Below, in pieces: positions 21,347-35,201 of a stretch of 64,000 bases of DNA. Numbering within the stretch: the stretch's first letter is position 1; each line of letters begins with the position of its first letter. The stretch is from the human T2T-CHM13v2.0 reference genome, Homo sapiens: assembly GCF_009914755.1 (NCBI RefSeq), contig NC_060931.1; one strand, given 5' to 3'. The position numbers and the translations under genes are program-made. The notes beneath the pieces are model-generated. The model was not told the DNA's origin. It did no database searches and saw only the letters and a list, made by a program, of their open reading frames with translations.

Positions 21347-23597
21347 TCAAGAAGTGATAGAATCAGGGCAACAGATTAAGAGCTCAATTACTGGAAAAAG
21401 AATTAAAGTTGAGGTTTGGTTTCAAGAAGTTAGTCATGTGTCCAGTGACTAGCATCCTAGAACCAGGTAGAGATGAGGCCAAGAAAACTGGGTTGATGCA
21501 GAGCCATTGGCTTGAGGCTGGAACAGAGCCAAACCAATGGTGGGCTTAGGGACTCCTGCCATGCTGATTAGTGGTATTGGCAGGGGCTTAGTGCCAGGCA
21601 AGTCATTACAGTTGCCCATATGGCCACTGAACTTCTAACCTTGAGCTCATTAATCCTGAATAATCAGCCAGTTGTAATATAATTCTCAAGTATAAAGTAA
21701 TAATACCCTTTCTTTTTCATGACCTCTAAAGTACAAGGGATTTGCTGCAGAGAAAGATCCCTGTTCTTGATTATTTTTCCTTGTGAAATACTTTAGAGTT
21801 TATTGATAGAACACATTAAATTATAATGTTAATAATTTTCTCATTTATATTTTTAGATGTCAGTAGTTATAGTTGTTTCTACAAATAGGGCACAATTCTG
21901 TTTTTCTTTTCTTTGTGTGAATCCCAGAGTACATCCAACCATGCATATTTACATGTTCTTGGAGCCTAAATGAATTAAAAATTAAAGACAAACTAAGACC
22001 TTTAGGTAATGGACTGAAAAGAAATTCATTTCACGCTTTTAAGATATTTTAATAGAAATTCATGTTCTCTTGTTTTTTTCACTATGCTATTGAATTAGGC
22101 AAGGCCAATGTAAATTTAGTATACTATTTATGTTTTTAGGGACAGTATTCCAGGACTCCATAGAATTATGAGGGAGAAAAGTATTATGATACTACATGAA
22201 GAAAATTTTTTGAGCAAATAATTTGCAAATACTGAGCTAAAGTTACCTGACTGTTTTACTTAGGACTTTAGTGTGCTAATTTTTGTGACTGTCCAAGACA
22301 TAAATATTATATCCTGTTTCCCAAATAGTTGACTATCACAACTTTTTTCTCAAATAGCATCTATTAACATTTCATGGGTTTCTAGTGTTCCATGGAATTT
22401 AATTTGGGAAATGCTAATCAGAGTTATCTCCCCCTTATTTATTAAGAATGTTACCATCCCAAACAGTTCCATCTGTAAATATCTCCAGAAAAGATCCTTC
22501 ATCCTGTGTCTGTAATAGTAATCACTGTCGTTCATCTTCATATGTTTCCTATTTATGCCCCAGGAGTAAGAAAATAAATATAGGATGCCAAAGCACAGGA
22601 TAAATACAAGAAACAGGTATTTTTTCTGCCTCAGGGAGATGTAGCATCCTTTAAGGAACATTTTCTCCATTATATACAAGAAGCCAGAGTTGTTTTGAAG
22701 ATGTCCCAGGTATCACTGAAATTAATATTTATATAAACAAAACCTACCACTTTAGCACAATATGAGAACATTTACTCTTCAAATCAGCATCTTTGTTTCT
22801 CTAGTTTAGTGTTCCTTTGATAGTACATTTGAATTAGGATTTGAATATTGAACAACAACAAAAAAGTTTCCTAAGTAACCATTTTCTGACCTACTGTTCC
22901 AGAGTACTCAAGCCTGTGCTTCTTATTAAGTCAGGTAACCGTAGCTTTCTAATGCATTATTTAAGGTTATGAAAATTTAATTCACATTCCTCTATCAGCT
23001 TTCATTGACTTCAAGAATGTAGGTTAGTTGGATTTTTTTATATTCTCTGTGTGTGGTATCATTGTCAGAAATGTCAGTTTCTGAATTACTGTTTATTAAT
23101 TAAATGATAAATCTAGGCATCTCTTTGATGTAAAATCCAAAACTAGTATGATATAGAGGAATTTTTTAGTGAAAGCTTTTTTTTTAGACAGCTTCAAAAT
23201 GATTCATAGGACCCATTGTTATTCACTCCTATTAGCAATATTCAGAGCCAACTGGCAAATTTCCATTTCTTCAGGATTCTCACTTACATTAAATGTAGTT
23301 TCAAAGTAGACCAGTTGAGGCAAGCAGAGTTTAAATGACACAGCTGCATTGCCCTCTTTGCTTGTTACTTTTTGCTGAAATTACATTTGCTGATATCTCT
23401 TGTGGCAATACGTTAGTGAATCAGACTTTGAATGCATCTTATTTATGGATAGTTATCAAAATTAATTATAACTTTGTCAACATTAGTTGATCCTTGCGTG
23501 AAATTAGTTGATCCTGCTGTGAAATTCACTCATACTTCAGAAATTCGAACATATTTTCATATGCTTGCAGGCTGCGTGTTTTTGTTTTTTAAAGTTA

Positions 23598-23958
23598 TGT
23601 AAAAAGAAAAACCTTAGACAAATTTAACAGTTTAATTTAGCAAAGAACAATTTGTGAATTGGGCACTCCTCAGAATTACAGCAGATTCTGAGAGACTCCT
23701 GTCCTACCTCATGGTCAAAGGAGATTTATGGACAGAAAACAGAAGTGAGGTACAGAAACAGCTGTATTGGTTATCAGCCTTTGCCTAAATGCAATTTAAA
23801 CAGTTTTGGGCCTGTGATTGGCCAAAACTGCATGATTGGCACAAGAGTAGGTTACCGTCTATTTACACATCCAATTAGGTTACAGTTCACCATGTAGGGA
23901 GAAAACTTTTGGCCAAACCTATCTAAGGAGACAGCTTTAGGCTAAACTTAATTTAACA
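23598..23958 (-). mobile_element. MER57(B-like) ERV1 solo LTR
   Basis: Minus strand begins TGTTAAATTAAGTTTAGCCTAAAGCTG; 4-bp TSD GTTA (23594-23597, 23959-23962). Confidence 0.85.
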
Positions 23959-24225
23959 GTTATATTCTTGTAAGTTATATTTTGTAAATATTGTAACCCT
24001 CATTATAAATATATATAATTTCTCTTGTAAAGTCATATTCATACTTCAAATCTTAACTTTTTTAAATGTGAAGCCATTCCTGAATGGCTATATTATTATG
24101 TAGCTGAATTAGCTACATACGTCTTTGTAGCTTTAATCATATTATCCTATTTAGTTATCTGGAGAAATCTCATCAACAGCTTGTAGAGAGAGAAATTTTA
24201 AGTCTAATAGTTCAGCTGTGTATAC

Positions 24226-24657
24226 TGTGTTTGTTTCTTGGGGTTGCCTGTAACAAATTACCATGAACCACATCTTAAAACAAAAGAAATTTATTCGCTC
24301 ACAGTTTTGAAGGCCAGAAGTCCAAAATCAAGATGTCAGCAGGGCTACGCTCTCTTTGAAAGCTCTAGGGGAGAATCCTTCCTTTCCTTTTCCAGCTTCT
24401 GGTGGTACCAAGTGGTCTTGGCTTCTGGCAGCGTGACTCCAGTCTCTGCCTCCATCTTCACATGGCCTCCTTTCCTGCATCTCTTTGTCTTCCCCCTATC
24501 TGTCTCTAACAAGGAATTAGATTGAGGACCCACCCTAATTCAGGATGCTCTCAAGATCCTTACTTTAGTTACATCTGCAAAGACCCTATTTCCAAATAAA
24601 ATCACATTTTGGGGCTCTAGGTAAACATGTTTTGTGAGTTATCAGTCAACCAACTAC
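24226..24657 (-). mobile_element. MLT1 (B/C-like) MaLR LTR
   Basis: GTAACAAATTACCA, GAAATTTATT..CTCACAGTT, GCAAAGACCCTATTTCCAAATAA motifs. Confidence 0.8.
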
Positions 24658-26449
24658 GTCTATTGAATATATCACCCATATTTCTATACAGTCTTCTATT
24701 CCATTTGGCCAACAGGTATGTGCACAGGTGAATGCATGTTCTTTCTGGAAGAGGAGAGGCCTTTTTTTTTTTTTTTTTTTTTTTTTCAAGCTGTTGAGCA
24801 CATGCTGTCCCTTGCTTGACTTTATGGACGTTAGGCCTTATACATTGACCTTGTCATTCACATAAATATTAAACTCCTCCTAGAAAGTCACCCCGGACGT
24901 TTTGAATGGAGCATATTAAATATGCATGGTCTTTTATGCCAGGCTTTTCCAACACTCTTATTTTTTTACTATCTTTTTATTGTTTCAGGTAGTCAGATTG
25001 TACATAGTATATGCTAAGTTCCTTTGCTTATATAGTTGACAGATCACTATAAACTTGTTCTTTATGCATACAACCCCTGAAATTTGGTCTTATCCAAAGA
25101 TCGAGAGCATAGTGGGGTACAAAGATCATTGAACTTGTGGACAAAAGAATCAGGTTGACATATTCATTGTGTGACCTTAGATAAATCACACTCCCTGAAC
25201 TTCTGTTTTCTCGCAACTAAAATAAATAATCTTACCTCACAGAGTTTTGGTGAGGTATGAAGTGTTTAGGAGATTATTTTACAAAGTTTAAAGCATTATA
25301 TAAATTAAGCAGTGCTGTATTAACATCCTGCATGAAGGGATGCTTTTTGTATTTATATCATTCAAATATAGAGTGTTTGTTAGTGACATGGAAAGAAGTC
25401 AATTAGGGAAATGTTTTAAAAGGTCAAGACATAGTTGTGTATTCTTTGAGCTTATAGTCTAATTGGAGAAGAGTAACTAGTACCAATAACTAGGTTAAGC
25501 TCTGAGGAATGGATGGAGAACATGTTTGTTTGAAAGAAGTAATTATGGTTGCCCTCATGGAAGAAGTGAGAGAGACCAGAGGACCAGGAAAGACTAACAG
25601 GCAGGTAGATGAATACAGAGTAGCGTAGTCTAGAGTAGCAGCTTGCATACAACACTGCAAAGAAGAGTCAGATGCCATACAAGGACATTTCAGAAACTCT
25701 TCTTAAAGCTGCAGACTCCAAAGAGAAGCAGTGGTAGATAAAATGGAACAAAATACTGCATCTCATAACCAACTTATAAGAAACTGTCCAATCTGCTAAG
25801 CCCTTATTTATATGGCCATGTGGGTCTTTGTTCTCCATGAGGCCAAGTGGTCTTCAAAAGCATTTAGTAGAATCTCTCTAGTAATTGTCACACAGACAGT
25901 TTTCCCTAGAAAAAAATGACACCTTTGATATTCTCGAGCTCTGAGTCTCAGCAAGCATTTATTAAGCACTAATTATGTGCTAGGCCCTAAAGCCACCAAA
26001 AAGAACAAGACAAGTTCCTGTCTTGAAGGAGCCAATGTCTAGTAGAGGAAAGTAACACAGAAGTGCCGTGAAAGAGTCAACACTGAAGCAGCAAGTTAAT
26101 TTATCCCAGATTTCTGTATTATTAACCTGTCTAGGCAGTTAGGGTAGGCTTCACAAAGAGATAATTCCTAGGCAGAGGTCTTTGCCAGGTGGCCGAGGAT
26201 GGGTATGCCTTCTTGATAGAGTGAGGTGCTTGAGGAAGGGCTTGGGATGCCCTACACCTGCTTTTTACCAAAACCTAAAATAGAGCAATGGAGTAGGAGA
26301 CAAGGCTAGAGAAGGGAGCAAGGACTGCATTATAAAGGACCTTGTGGGCCATGCGAAAGAACTTGGAGTTTCTCCTACATGATGAGGAGAGTGCTTTAAG
26401 TGGGTGAGTAATATGAATCAGATTTGCTGTATAGAAACAGCCTGTGGCT

Positions 26450-26569
26450 GGCTGGGCGCAGTGGCTCACGCCTGTAATCTCAGCACTCTGGGAGGCCGAG
26501 GTGGGTGTATCACCTGAAGTCAGGAATTTGAGACCAGCCTGGCCAACATGGTGAAACCTCATCTCTACT
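26450..26569 (+). mobile_element. Tailless AluS left monomer with perfect TSD
   Basis: GGCTGGGCGCAGTGG...CTCTACT with no right arm and no poly(A); TAGAAACAGCCTGTGGC at 26432-26448 and 26569-26585. Confidence 0.9.
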
Positions 26570-27237
26570 AGAAACAGCCTGTGGCCGTACTAATGTGAGA
26601 ATGGATATAGGGGCAGGGCAGGATAGTTAGGAGACTTGTTAATTGGACATGTTCCTTATGTAGTCCAAACTGGATGCCCAGCTAAAAATCAGCTATGATT
26701 TTCTTTATGTTAAAGGAAAAAGCCCAAAATGAAAGTATATCTCATGCAAGTCTCCCAGATTGGCCCCACTACTTTAATCTCTTGCAGCTTCTCGACCAGA
26801 GAACAGAGATAACTGAGGATTTTATTTTTCTCCCTTACTTATAACCACTTGTGAAGTGTGAGTTCCACACTAGAAGAATCATCTAAGAGTCACAGATCAA
26901 GTAATTAAACCTCTTTGTTGAGTGCACACTTGACTTTGTGTGGAAATCTGCACTTTTAAATTTGCTTTATTTTCTAAATGAGAGTACATTTTTCAAAGTC
27001 ATGCTTTTCTTATTTCTAAGGAATTTACAGCTCATAGCTTTTCCATAATTAAAATTGGCCATATATTAATACTCCTGCAATTCTGTATTTTTGTTTTGAT
27101 CCATGCCTATTTTTACCAGATATTCCTAATTAAGCTCTGGATTTTATACAAAATTTACAAGAATTTTTAAACAAGACCTCACCTCATTTAGGATTTGGGA
27201 TAGAGGAGTGATTGTGTCTTTAAAATCGTGTGTTTGT

Positions 27238-27585
<348 letters not shown>

Positions 27586-28346
27586 TTAAAATGTCAGTGT
27601 GTTAATTGGAGTGAAGTTTAGTGTGATAAACCAGAAAGGGGAAATGCTGGTTTGTCACTATAATTTTTCTCTTATTGAAAACTTACATTCATATCTACTG
27701 CAAATCCTTTGTTCTGTGCAACTGATAAATCCAAGGTCACCCTTATCAAAATTTTGGAGATACTTAGTCTTCCACTGGAGTGCTTTTTCATGATAAACTG
27801 CATGTTTTATGAGTAGCTCCATTATCTCTGAAGTCTCTGATGAATGCCATCTGGTCCAAATGCTGGGTTGCAATTTTTCAGGTTGTTTTTTGGCTCCTTC
27901 CATCTCCCCATCCTCCCTTTTTTTTTTTGGATAACTTTTTATTATATAGATACTCCATTGCCTATGAGTGTTTTTACTGACATTCTTTAAATTTTCTTTA
28001 ACATGAATGATGTCTCCCTTTTATTTCTTAAAACCAGAGAGGATACCAGCATAGCACTATTTTACATCAAGTACTGTTATCAACACAACCACGGAACTTT
28101 GTTAATTCAGAGTATTTCCACTGATCAGTTTACAGTTTATGTATTCTTTCTGACTAGCAAGTATATTAACTTGAAATAGGTCATTTTGAGTGACAAATCT
28201 AGCCTGTTATTTCAGAAACAGACAAAATAGTATTTTCTACTTCATGAGGAAAGAAGTATCTATTTAAATTTTTTTGTTTTCTCCAATTACCTCCCTTGGC
28301 GAAAACAGCAACAGTATTGGGAACTGCCCCTAAAATAAATAAATAC

Positions 28347-28368
28347 ATATATATATATATATATATAT
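28347..28368 (+). repeat. (AT)11 microsatellite
   Basis: Direct reading. Confidence 0.9.
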
Positions 28369-30526
28369 TCCCTTAACTGAAAGTTATCTCAAAGCCCTTC
28401 TCTCATAAGTGTCATATGTGAAAGACTGGACAGATGATTTTAAAAGTAGATAATGAGATCTAAGGAATTAAAACAGGGGTTGGGAGTCAATCTAATTGGG
28501 ATTAGAGTTTCAGGGGAAGACAAACAGAAAGTGAATTGCAAGGAAAAGAAGCAAGGTACCAACTAGACAACCGAAGAAACCCTGTGGAATGGACAAGATC
28601 TGTCTATTTGAAGAATTCTAATAAAGTAGTATGGCTGAGATCACTTGCAGATTAACACTTCATGTGGTTTATGTCCTCTCCAGTACCTGTTCTGAGTTGA
28701 TGGTATACCTACTTTGAACTAATTTGAAAGCTAGATTACAAATGAAGTACTAAGAATTGAGGCCACTTCTCTGAGGTTACTAGAAGTGCAAGCATATGTC
28801 TATACCCAAACAATAACACACATTACAGTTGATGATAATCTAGGCATTGAAAGGTATTATAGCAAGGATTGAAACGGTCTGCTCCCTGGGATGCACTTTC
28901 CTCAAGATCCCCTTGAGTTGTATATCTGGATGGCAATTTAATATCAGTTTTGTGTTAGCGCAGTTGTGTATCAAATGTTTTTTGCAGTGTCTAAGTCAAA
29001 AATATGGTGGTGCACGTCCTATCCCATTGACCTCACTTCACTATGCTGAAGTTTTATCTATGGTCAGTGGAGTACTTTGTACTCTTCAGAGTGATGGCCA
29101 GTAATTCCAAAAGCCTAAGGTTTTCTGAATGATCTACTCTCATTATCTCTGCATATTTTGAAAAAGTTTATATTTATTATCTTCTGACCTATCTAACCCT
29201 AATTCATATATTCTCTCTGCCTAAAATCATCTCTTCCCTGCCTGCCTACCTCACCAACTCCTGCTCATTCCTTAAGATTTCATTTAGATTTCACCTTCAA
29301 CTTTTCTGTGAAATGTTCTTGCTGACTACTTTCCTCCACCCAAAAGGTAAACTTCTATCCAGAATTTTCTTGTTTTATCTTGTTAATGCTTCGTTTTCAT
29401 TATCAGTTTCTGATTTCAGCTCAGAAATAGGGATTTCACAATCCTATCGGGATTGTGATTGTGATGCACTTTGCTCTTGTATTTTACATTCAGATGCCCA
29501 GTAAATGTCAGTGTTACTTCTTTGGCACTTGGATGAGATTAGACATGTGCCTGCTATGTGTCCAGTGCAGAAGCTAAGTCACCTCTGGTTCCGTCTTATT
29601 CTTCTGTGCCTGTTAACCATTGCAAGATACTGTCCTTGCAGGGCCAGTGCTACATTGGCTTTCCTCCACAGTCCTACCTACACTGTTAGCAAGTCATATT
29701 TTTTGGAGCATCATTCCATGCTTGATCTCATTTTATCATCTCAACTACTTTTAGCATATAAGTGAATTAGAAAGCAAAAGCCAGAGGTCATACAACTAGT
29801 TTCTACCAGCAGCACTGTCATGGGAACTCCTAGATCTATTTACTCTTAGCATGTCATCATTATGCAATGATATTACTCCCTTACCAGCAATATTGGCAGT
29901 GCTCTTTTTTCAAAGCAGAGGCACTTAAAATGGTTAGAATAGTTGGTTTTGGTTTTCAAATTGACTACAGGGTTATTATATTTTGTTGAACAGTTTTCTG
30001 CACAGAATATTCTGAGACTTCACCTCTAAATATTAAATCACAGGTTCCAATATTCTCATTTGAAAATTGAGAACCTAATTGAAAATTGAGAACAACTTGT
30101 TATTAATACACCTTTTCTAGTTGTATTCTTTTCAAAATTTTTTGGAATTTTTGGTAATAGGTCTAATATGAAAGTGTAAATTAAAGTTCTTATTGCTTTT
30201 CTGGCTACTTTTTTTTTTCAGTTATGCTAACTGCTCTCTTGCCTTCCTCTATTCAGTTACTTAGGTAATTTTACTATAAGGTTTTTTTAGAATCACCTCA
30301 GTGGTAGTTTGAAATATTTAATATCTTTCAAAATCTGCCTGCTGATTAAAATTTTTTTTCTACTTTACCATGCTTTATTTAGCCAGTTCATTATTAATAG
30401 GCATTCACATTATTGCACTTCCTTTTGAAGTTTGAAAAAATGCTGCAGTAACCATCCTTGTATTTCTTAAAAGTAGAATTTCTGGGTTAAATTATATGTG
30501 CCTTTTAAATATTGACAAATGTTTTC

Positions 30527-30867
30527 TGTCTTTGTCCATTTATGCTACTGTAGCAAAATGCCACAAACTGCGTGGCTTGTAAACAACAAGAATTTATTTC
30601 TCATGGTTCTGGGGGTTGGTAAGTCCAAGATCAAGGTATCAACAAATTTGATGTCTGATGAGGGCATAGTTCATTCTAGCTGTGTCTTTACATGGCAGAA
30701 GGGACAAGGCAGCTCTATGGGGACTCTTTTTAAAGAGCACTGTCACATTCATGAAAGCTCCATCCTCATGACCTAAATACCTCCCAAAGGTCCTACATCC
30801 TACTATCAGCACATTGGTGATTATGTTTCTACATATGAATTTTAAGGGGACCATTCAGACCATAGCA
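30527..30867 (-). mobile_element. MLT1A-like MaLR LTR inserted in an old antisense L1M
   Basis: TGTCTTTGTCCATTT ... CATTCAGACCATAGCA. Confidence 0.82.
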
Positions 30868-31529
30868 GTTGCCAAATTTTCATTATTCGTAACAGTACTA
30901 ATTTACACTGCAAGCAATTTGTAGAGATGCCTATCCTTGAGAATGCAGCATATTACCAAAGTTTTTGATGTATGTCTGTCCAGTGGTAGAAAAATGATAT
31001 CCTACATGACTATTATTTATATTATAAAATTCAAATTATTATATTTTTATTTGTATTTATTTTACATAGTATATATTTGCATCTTAATATCCACTTATAT
31101 CTAATTTTCATGTTTGTTGTAAGGAAAGCTGAGCATCTTATATATAAGAGCCATTTGTATTTTCATTTTTATAACCAGTTTGTCCATGTCCTTTGCCCAT
31201 TTTCTATTAAGTTGTAAACATTGATTTGAAGGAGTCTTATATAGTAAGGAAATAATTTATTCTGTTTGTTGTTTGTTAATTATTGTTTGACATTGTTATT
31301 AACAGCCATCTATTTTTTGCCTGCAGAAATTTATTTTATTCTTTTTGCAAAACTGATCAATCTTTTGTGTACTACTGTGTTTTACATCATAGTTAGAAAA
31401 AAAACAATTTCGCTCCAATATTATTTTTAAATTTTTCATTATTTTAATGTATTTTTATATTTTTATATTTTGTTGAGGTCTTCAGTCTGCCTGAAATTTA
31501 TTTTGTGGTAAATGGTGGAATAAGGAAGT

Positions 31530-32495
31530 TTTTGGGTGGACATGTTTTCACTTCTCTTGGATATATACCTAGGAGTAGAATTCCTATGGTCATATAGTAA
31601 CTATGATTGACATTTTGAACTGTCAAACTGTTATAAAACAGCTGTACCAGTTTACATTTCCACCAGCAGTGTCTGAGGCTCTAATTCTCCACATCTTCAC
31701 CAACACTTGTTATTAGTTTTTTTACTATAGCCACCCAAGTGAGTATGAAGTAGTATCTTATTATAGTATTGAATTGCATTTCTCTAGTAACTAATGATAT
31801 TAAGCATCTTTTCATGTTCTTATTGACTCTTTGTATAACTTTTGGGGAAAATGTCTATTTAAATCCTGTACCCATTTTTGAATTGGGTTATTTATCTTTT
31901 TTATTATTTGTAAGAGTTCTTTATACATTCTGGATACAAGTCCTGTATCAGTTCTATGATTTTCAGATATTTTCTCCCATTCTGTGGGCTGTCTTTCCAT
32001 GTTCTTGATGGTGTCCTTTGAAGTACAAAAGGTTTTTTTGTTGTTGTTCTTAATTTTAATTATATCAAATGTGTCTATTTTTTTTTCCTTTAATCACTTG
32101 TATTCTTCATTTCCTAACCAAAAAAGCTCTGCCTAATCCAAGGTCATTAATATTGACCCCTGTTTTTGTCCCAAGAGTTTTATAGTTTTGCTCTTACATG
32201 TAGGTTTGTGATCAGTTTTGAGTTAATTTTTGTGTAGGGTTTAAGAAAGTAATCCAGCTTTTTTATTTTGCATATGGATATCCAGTTTCAGCACCATTTG
32301 TTGAAAAAGCTACTGTATCAATAGACCATATATGTGGGGTTTACATCTGGACTCTGAATTCTCTACCATTGATCTATATTGGTCTTTTCTGATGCTAGTA
32401 CCACACTATCTTAATTACTGTAGCGTTTTAGTAAGTTTGGAAATCAGGTAAGTGTGAGAGCTTTAACTTTGTTCTCCTTTTTCAAGATATCTTTG
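31530..32495 (-). mobile_element. Old L1M (L1MB-like) ORF2/3' fragment
   Basis: The ORF at 31812-32000 resembles the L1 ORF2 C-terminus (RQPTEWEKI..NH..D.GLVSR.YKEL). Confidence 0.8.
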
Positions 32496-35074
32496 ACATA
32501 ACCTGCTGATTTTTCCAAAATCAGAGCACATCAAAAGAAATACAAATAGCACCAGTAACCCTTTGTTTTAGCATATATGTAATGTAAATAGTCTCTTGAA
32601 ATTTATTCTTAGTGGATTATTTTTCAGGTACTATCCCTTGATTACATTAGACCTAGGTACTACTCTGGTCAGGTAGAGTCTGAACATTCATGGGCTTTAG
32701 TTTTTTTCTTGTATTTAGAGGTTGAATCAATTAGATACCCTAAGTCCCTAATATAGCTTCTAAAAATTTGAGTCAATAATCCCTCCTTTCATCTTATTAT
32801 AGTTGAACATGTAAGTGTAGGAGAGAAAAAATGTCCTCATTAGTTAGTATTAATGAAACACCCATGTTGTACAATTCACAGTAAGTTTTAAAATGGAAAA
32901 CTAGAATGATTGTGAGTGCTATGGCAAATGGCTTGAATTTTGGTGACTCATAAAATTCTACGAGTCCTCATTCACTATTTACTTTCCATATTAGAAAGTA
33001 AACACAATCTCATCTTTTAAATTACAACCCAAAAGGCAATTTTAGAAATATTTATGTTGTAAAGTGAGGGACTTCGACACACCACTGACAACACTAGACA
33101 GATCATCCAGACAGAAAATCAACAAAAAAACACTGGGCTTAAATTGGACTTTAGACCAAATGGACCTAGGAGACATTTACAGAGCTTTCAACCTCAAAAA
33201 CCACAAAATATACATTATTCTCATCAGAGTATAGAACATTCTTCAAGGTAGACCATATATTAGGCTACAAAAGAAGTCTCAGTAAATTTTTGAAAATCAA
33301 GATCACATCAAGTATCCTCTTTGAGCACAGTGGAATAAAACCAGAAATCAATTCCAAAAGGAATTCTCAAAACTACACAAATATATGGGAATTAAACAGC
33401 CTGTTCCTGAATGATCAGTATGACAAAATTAAGATGGAAATTTAAAAAAATTTTGAAACAAATGAAAATGAAGACACAACATACCAAAACCTCTGGGACA
33501 GAGCAAAAGCAGCGCTAAGAAGAAAGTTTATAGCATTAAATGCCTACATCAAAAGAATAGATCACAAATTAATAACCTAATGTTGCACTTAAAGGAACCA
33601 CAAAAACAAGAATAAACTGAACCCAAAGCTAGCAGAAGAAAAGAAGTAACAAGTCAGTACAGAACTAAAATAAATTGAAACAAACAAAAAAAATCAATGA
33701 AACAAAAAGTTCTGTTAAAAAAAGATAAAGAAAATTCATAGACTGCTCAATAGGCTAACCAAGAAGAGAGAAATTCAAATAAACAATCAGAAATGAAACA
33801 GGAGAAATTACAGCTGATACCACAGAAATACAAAAGATCATCAGAGACTAAACAACACTATGCTCACAAACTAGAAAACCTAGAGGAAATGGATACATTT
33901 CTAAAAACATACAACCTCCCAAGATTGAACCAGGAAGAAATAGAAATCCAGAACAGTAATAAAAATCTCCCAAAAGCAACAAAAAAAGCCCAGGACCATA
34001 TGGTTTCCAGCTAAATTCCACCAGATATACAAAGAAGAACTGGTACCTGGCTTACCAAAACTGTTACAAAAAGACAAGGAGGAGGGAATCCTCCCTAACG
34101 TATTCTGCAAAGCCAGTAACACCCTGATGTCAAAACCAGGCAAGGACACAACAAAAAAAGAAAACTATAGACCAATATCTTTGATGAAGATAGATGCAGA
34201 AATCTTCAACAAAATACTATGAAACAGAATCCAACAGCACATGAAAAATAAATAAATTAACACCACCTGCAGAGGAGGCTGAGGAAGATGGATGAATAGA
34301 CCCCTCCAGCAATCATCCCCACCTATACAAACACCAAATTGAACAACTATCCACACAAGAAAGCACCTTCATAAGAACCAGAAGTTAGGTGAGCAAATCA
34401 CAGTACCTGGTTTTAACATCACATCAACGAAAAAGGCACTGAATAGAATAGGAAAGACAGTCTTGAATTGTCTAATCTGTCTCTCCCCATCTCTCAGCAG
34501 TGGCAGCTTAGCGCAGAGAGTGCTTAGGGGAGGGAGAGCGCAGTAATTGTGGGGCATTGCATTGGAGCTCTGTGCTGCCCTGTCACAGTGGAAAGCAACA
34601 CAGGGCAGAATTCAGCCAGCACCCATGGAAGGAACATTTAGACCAGCCCTATAGCTAGGGGGAACCATCCATTCCAGCCTTTGGAACCTGAGTTCCAGCT
34701 AGCCCCACCAGCAAGGCTACAGTGCTTTGAGGTCCTAAAGAAATCAGAAAGGCAGTCTAGGCCACAAGTAGTGTGATTCCTGGACAAATCCTTGTGCTGT
34801 GCTGGGCTTGGAGCCAGTGGACCTGAGGTACATGTGACCCACTGAGACACCACCTGTGGTGGCCAGGGAGGTGTTCGCGTCACCCCACCCCAACCCTATG
34901 CATCACAGTTTGCAGCTCCCGCAGAGACTCCATCCTTGGTCTGAGGAGAGAAGAATGGGAGAGTGAAGAAGACTTTGTTTTGCAATTTGGATACAGCTCA
35001 GCCACAGTAAAATAAAGCACCATGCTGAGTCCTAAAGCCCCCATTCCAGGCCCTGGCTCCTGGATGATATTTTT

Positions 35075-35171
35075 TACTTAATTTTTTTTTTATTTCAATA
35101 GATTTTTAGAGAGCGGGTGGTGTTAGGTTACATGAATAAGTTATTTAGTGGTGGTTTCTGAGATTTTGGCG
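35075..35171 (-). mobile_element. Short L1PB(1-like) 3' end with A-rich tail
   Basis: TTTATTTCAATAG...GGTTACATGAATAAGTT..TTAGTGGTG.TTTCTGAGATTTTGG is the antisense L1PB terminus. Confidence 0.8.
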
Positions 35172-35201
35172 CGTACCGCCCTGAACGTGCCCGACCTCAT
35201 C
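35172..35201 (+). pseudogene. 5S rRNA fragment (about nt 10-39 of 5S)
   Basis: CGTACCGCCCTGAACGTGCCCGACCTCATC vs 5S CATACCACCCTGAACGCGCCCGATCTCGTC: 25/30 identical, all differences transitions. Confidence 0.75.

Noticed and set aside
23482-23526. Short two-copy tandem duplications (also near 8880, 30060 and 54500)
   Set aside because: Ordinary slippage duplications; not spacer-separated arrays, so not CRISPR-like.
24762-24786. Isolated T25 tract as a retrocopy tail or splice acceptor
   Set aside because: No recognisable retroelement body or TSD beside it, and the following AG is in a weak AAG context.
35172-35201. Functional 5S rRNA gene
   Set aside because: Only ~30 nt, lacking the internal A and C boxes and the terminator; reported as a fragment only.
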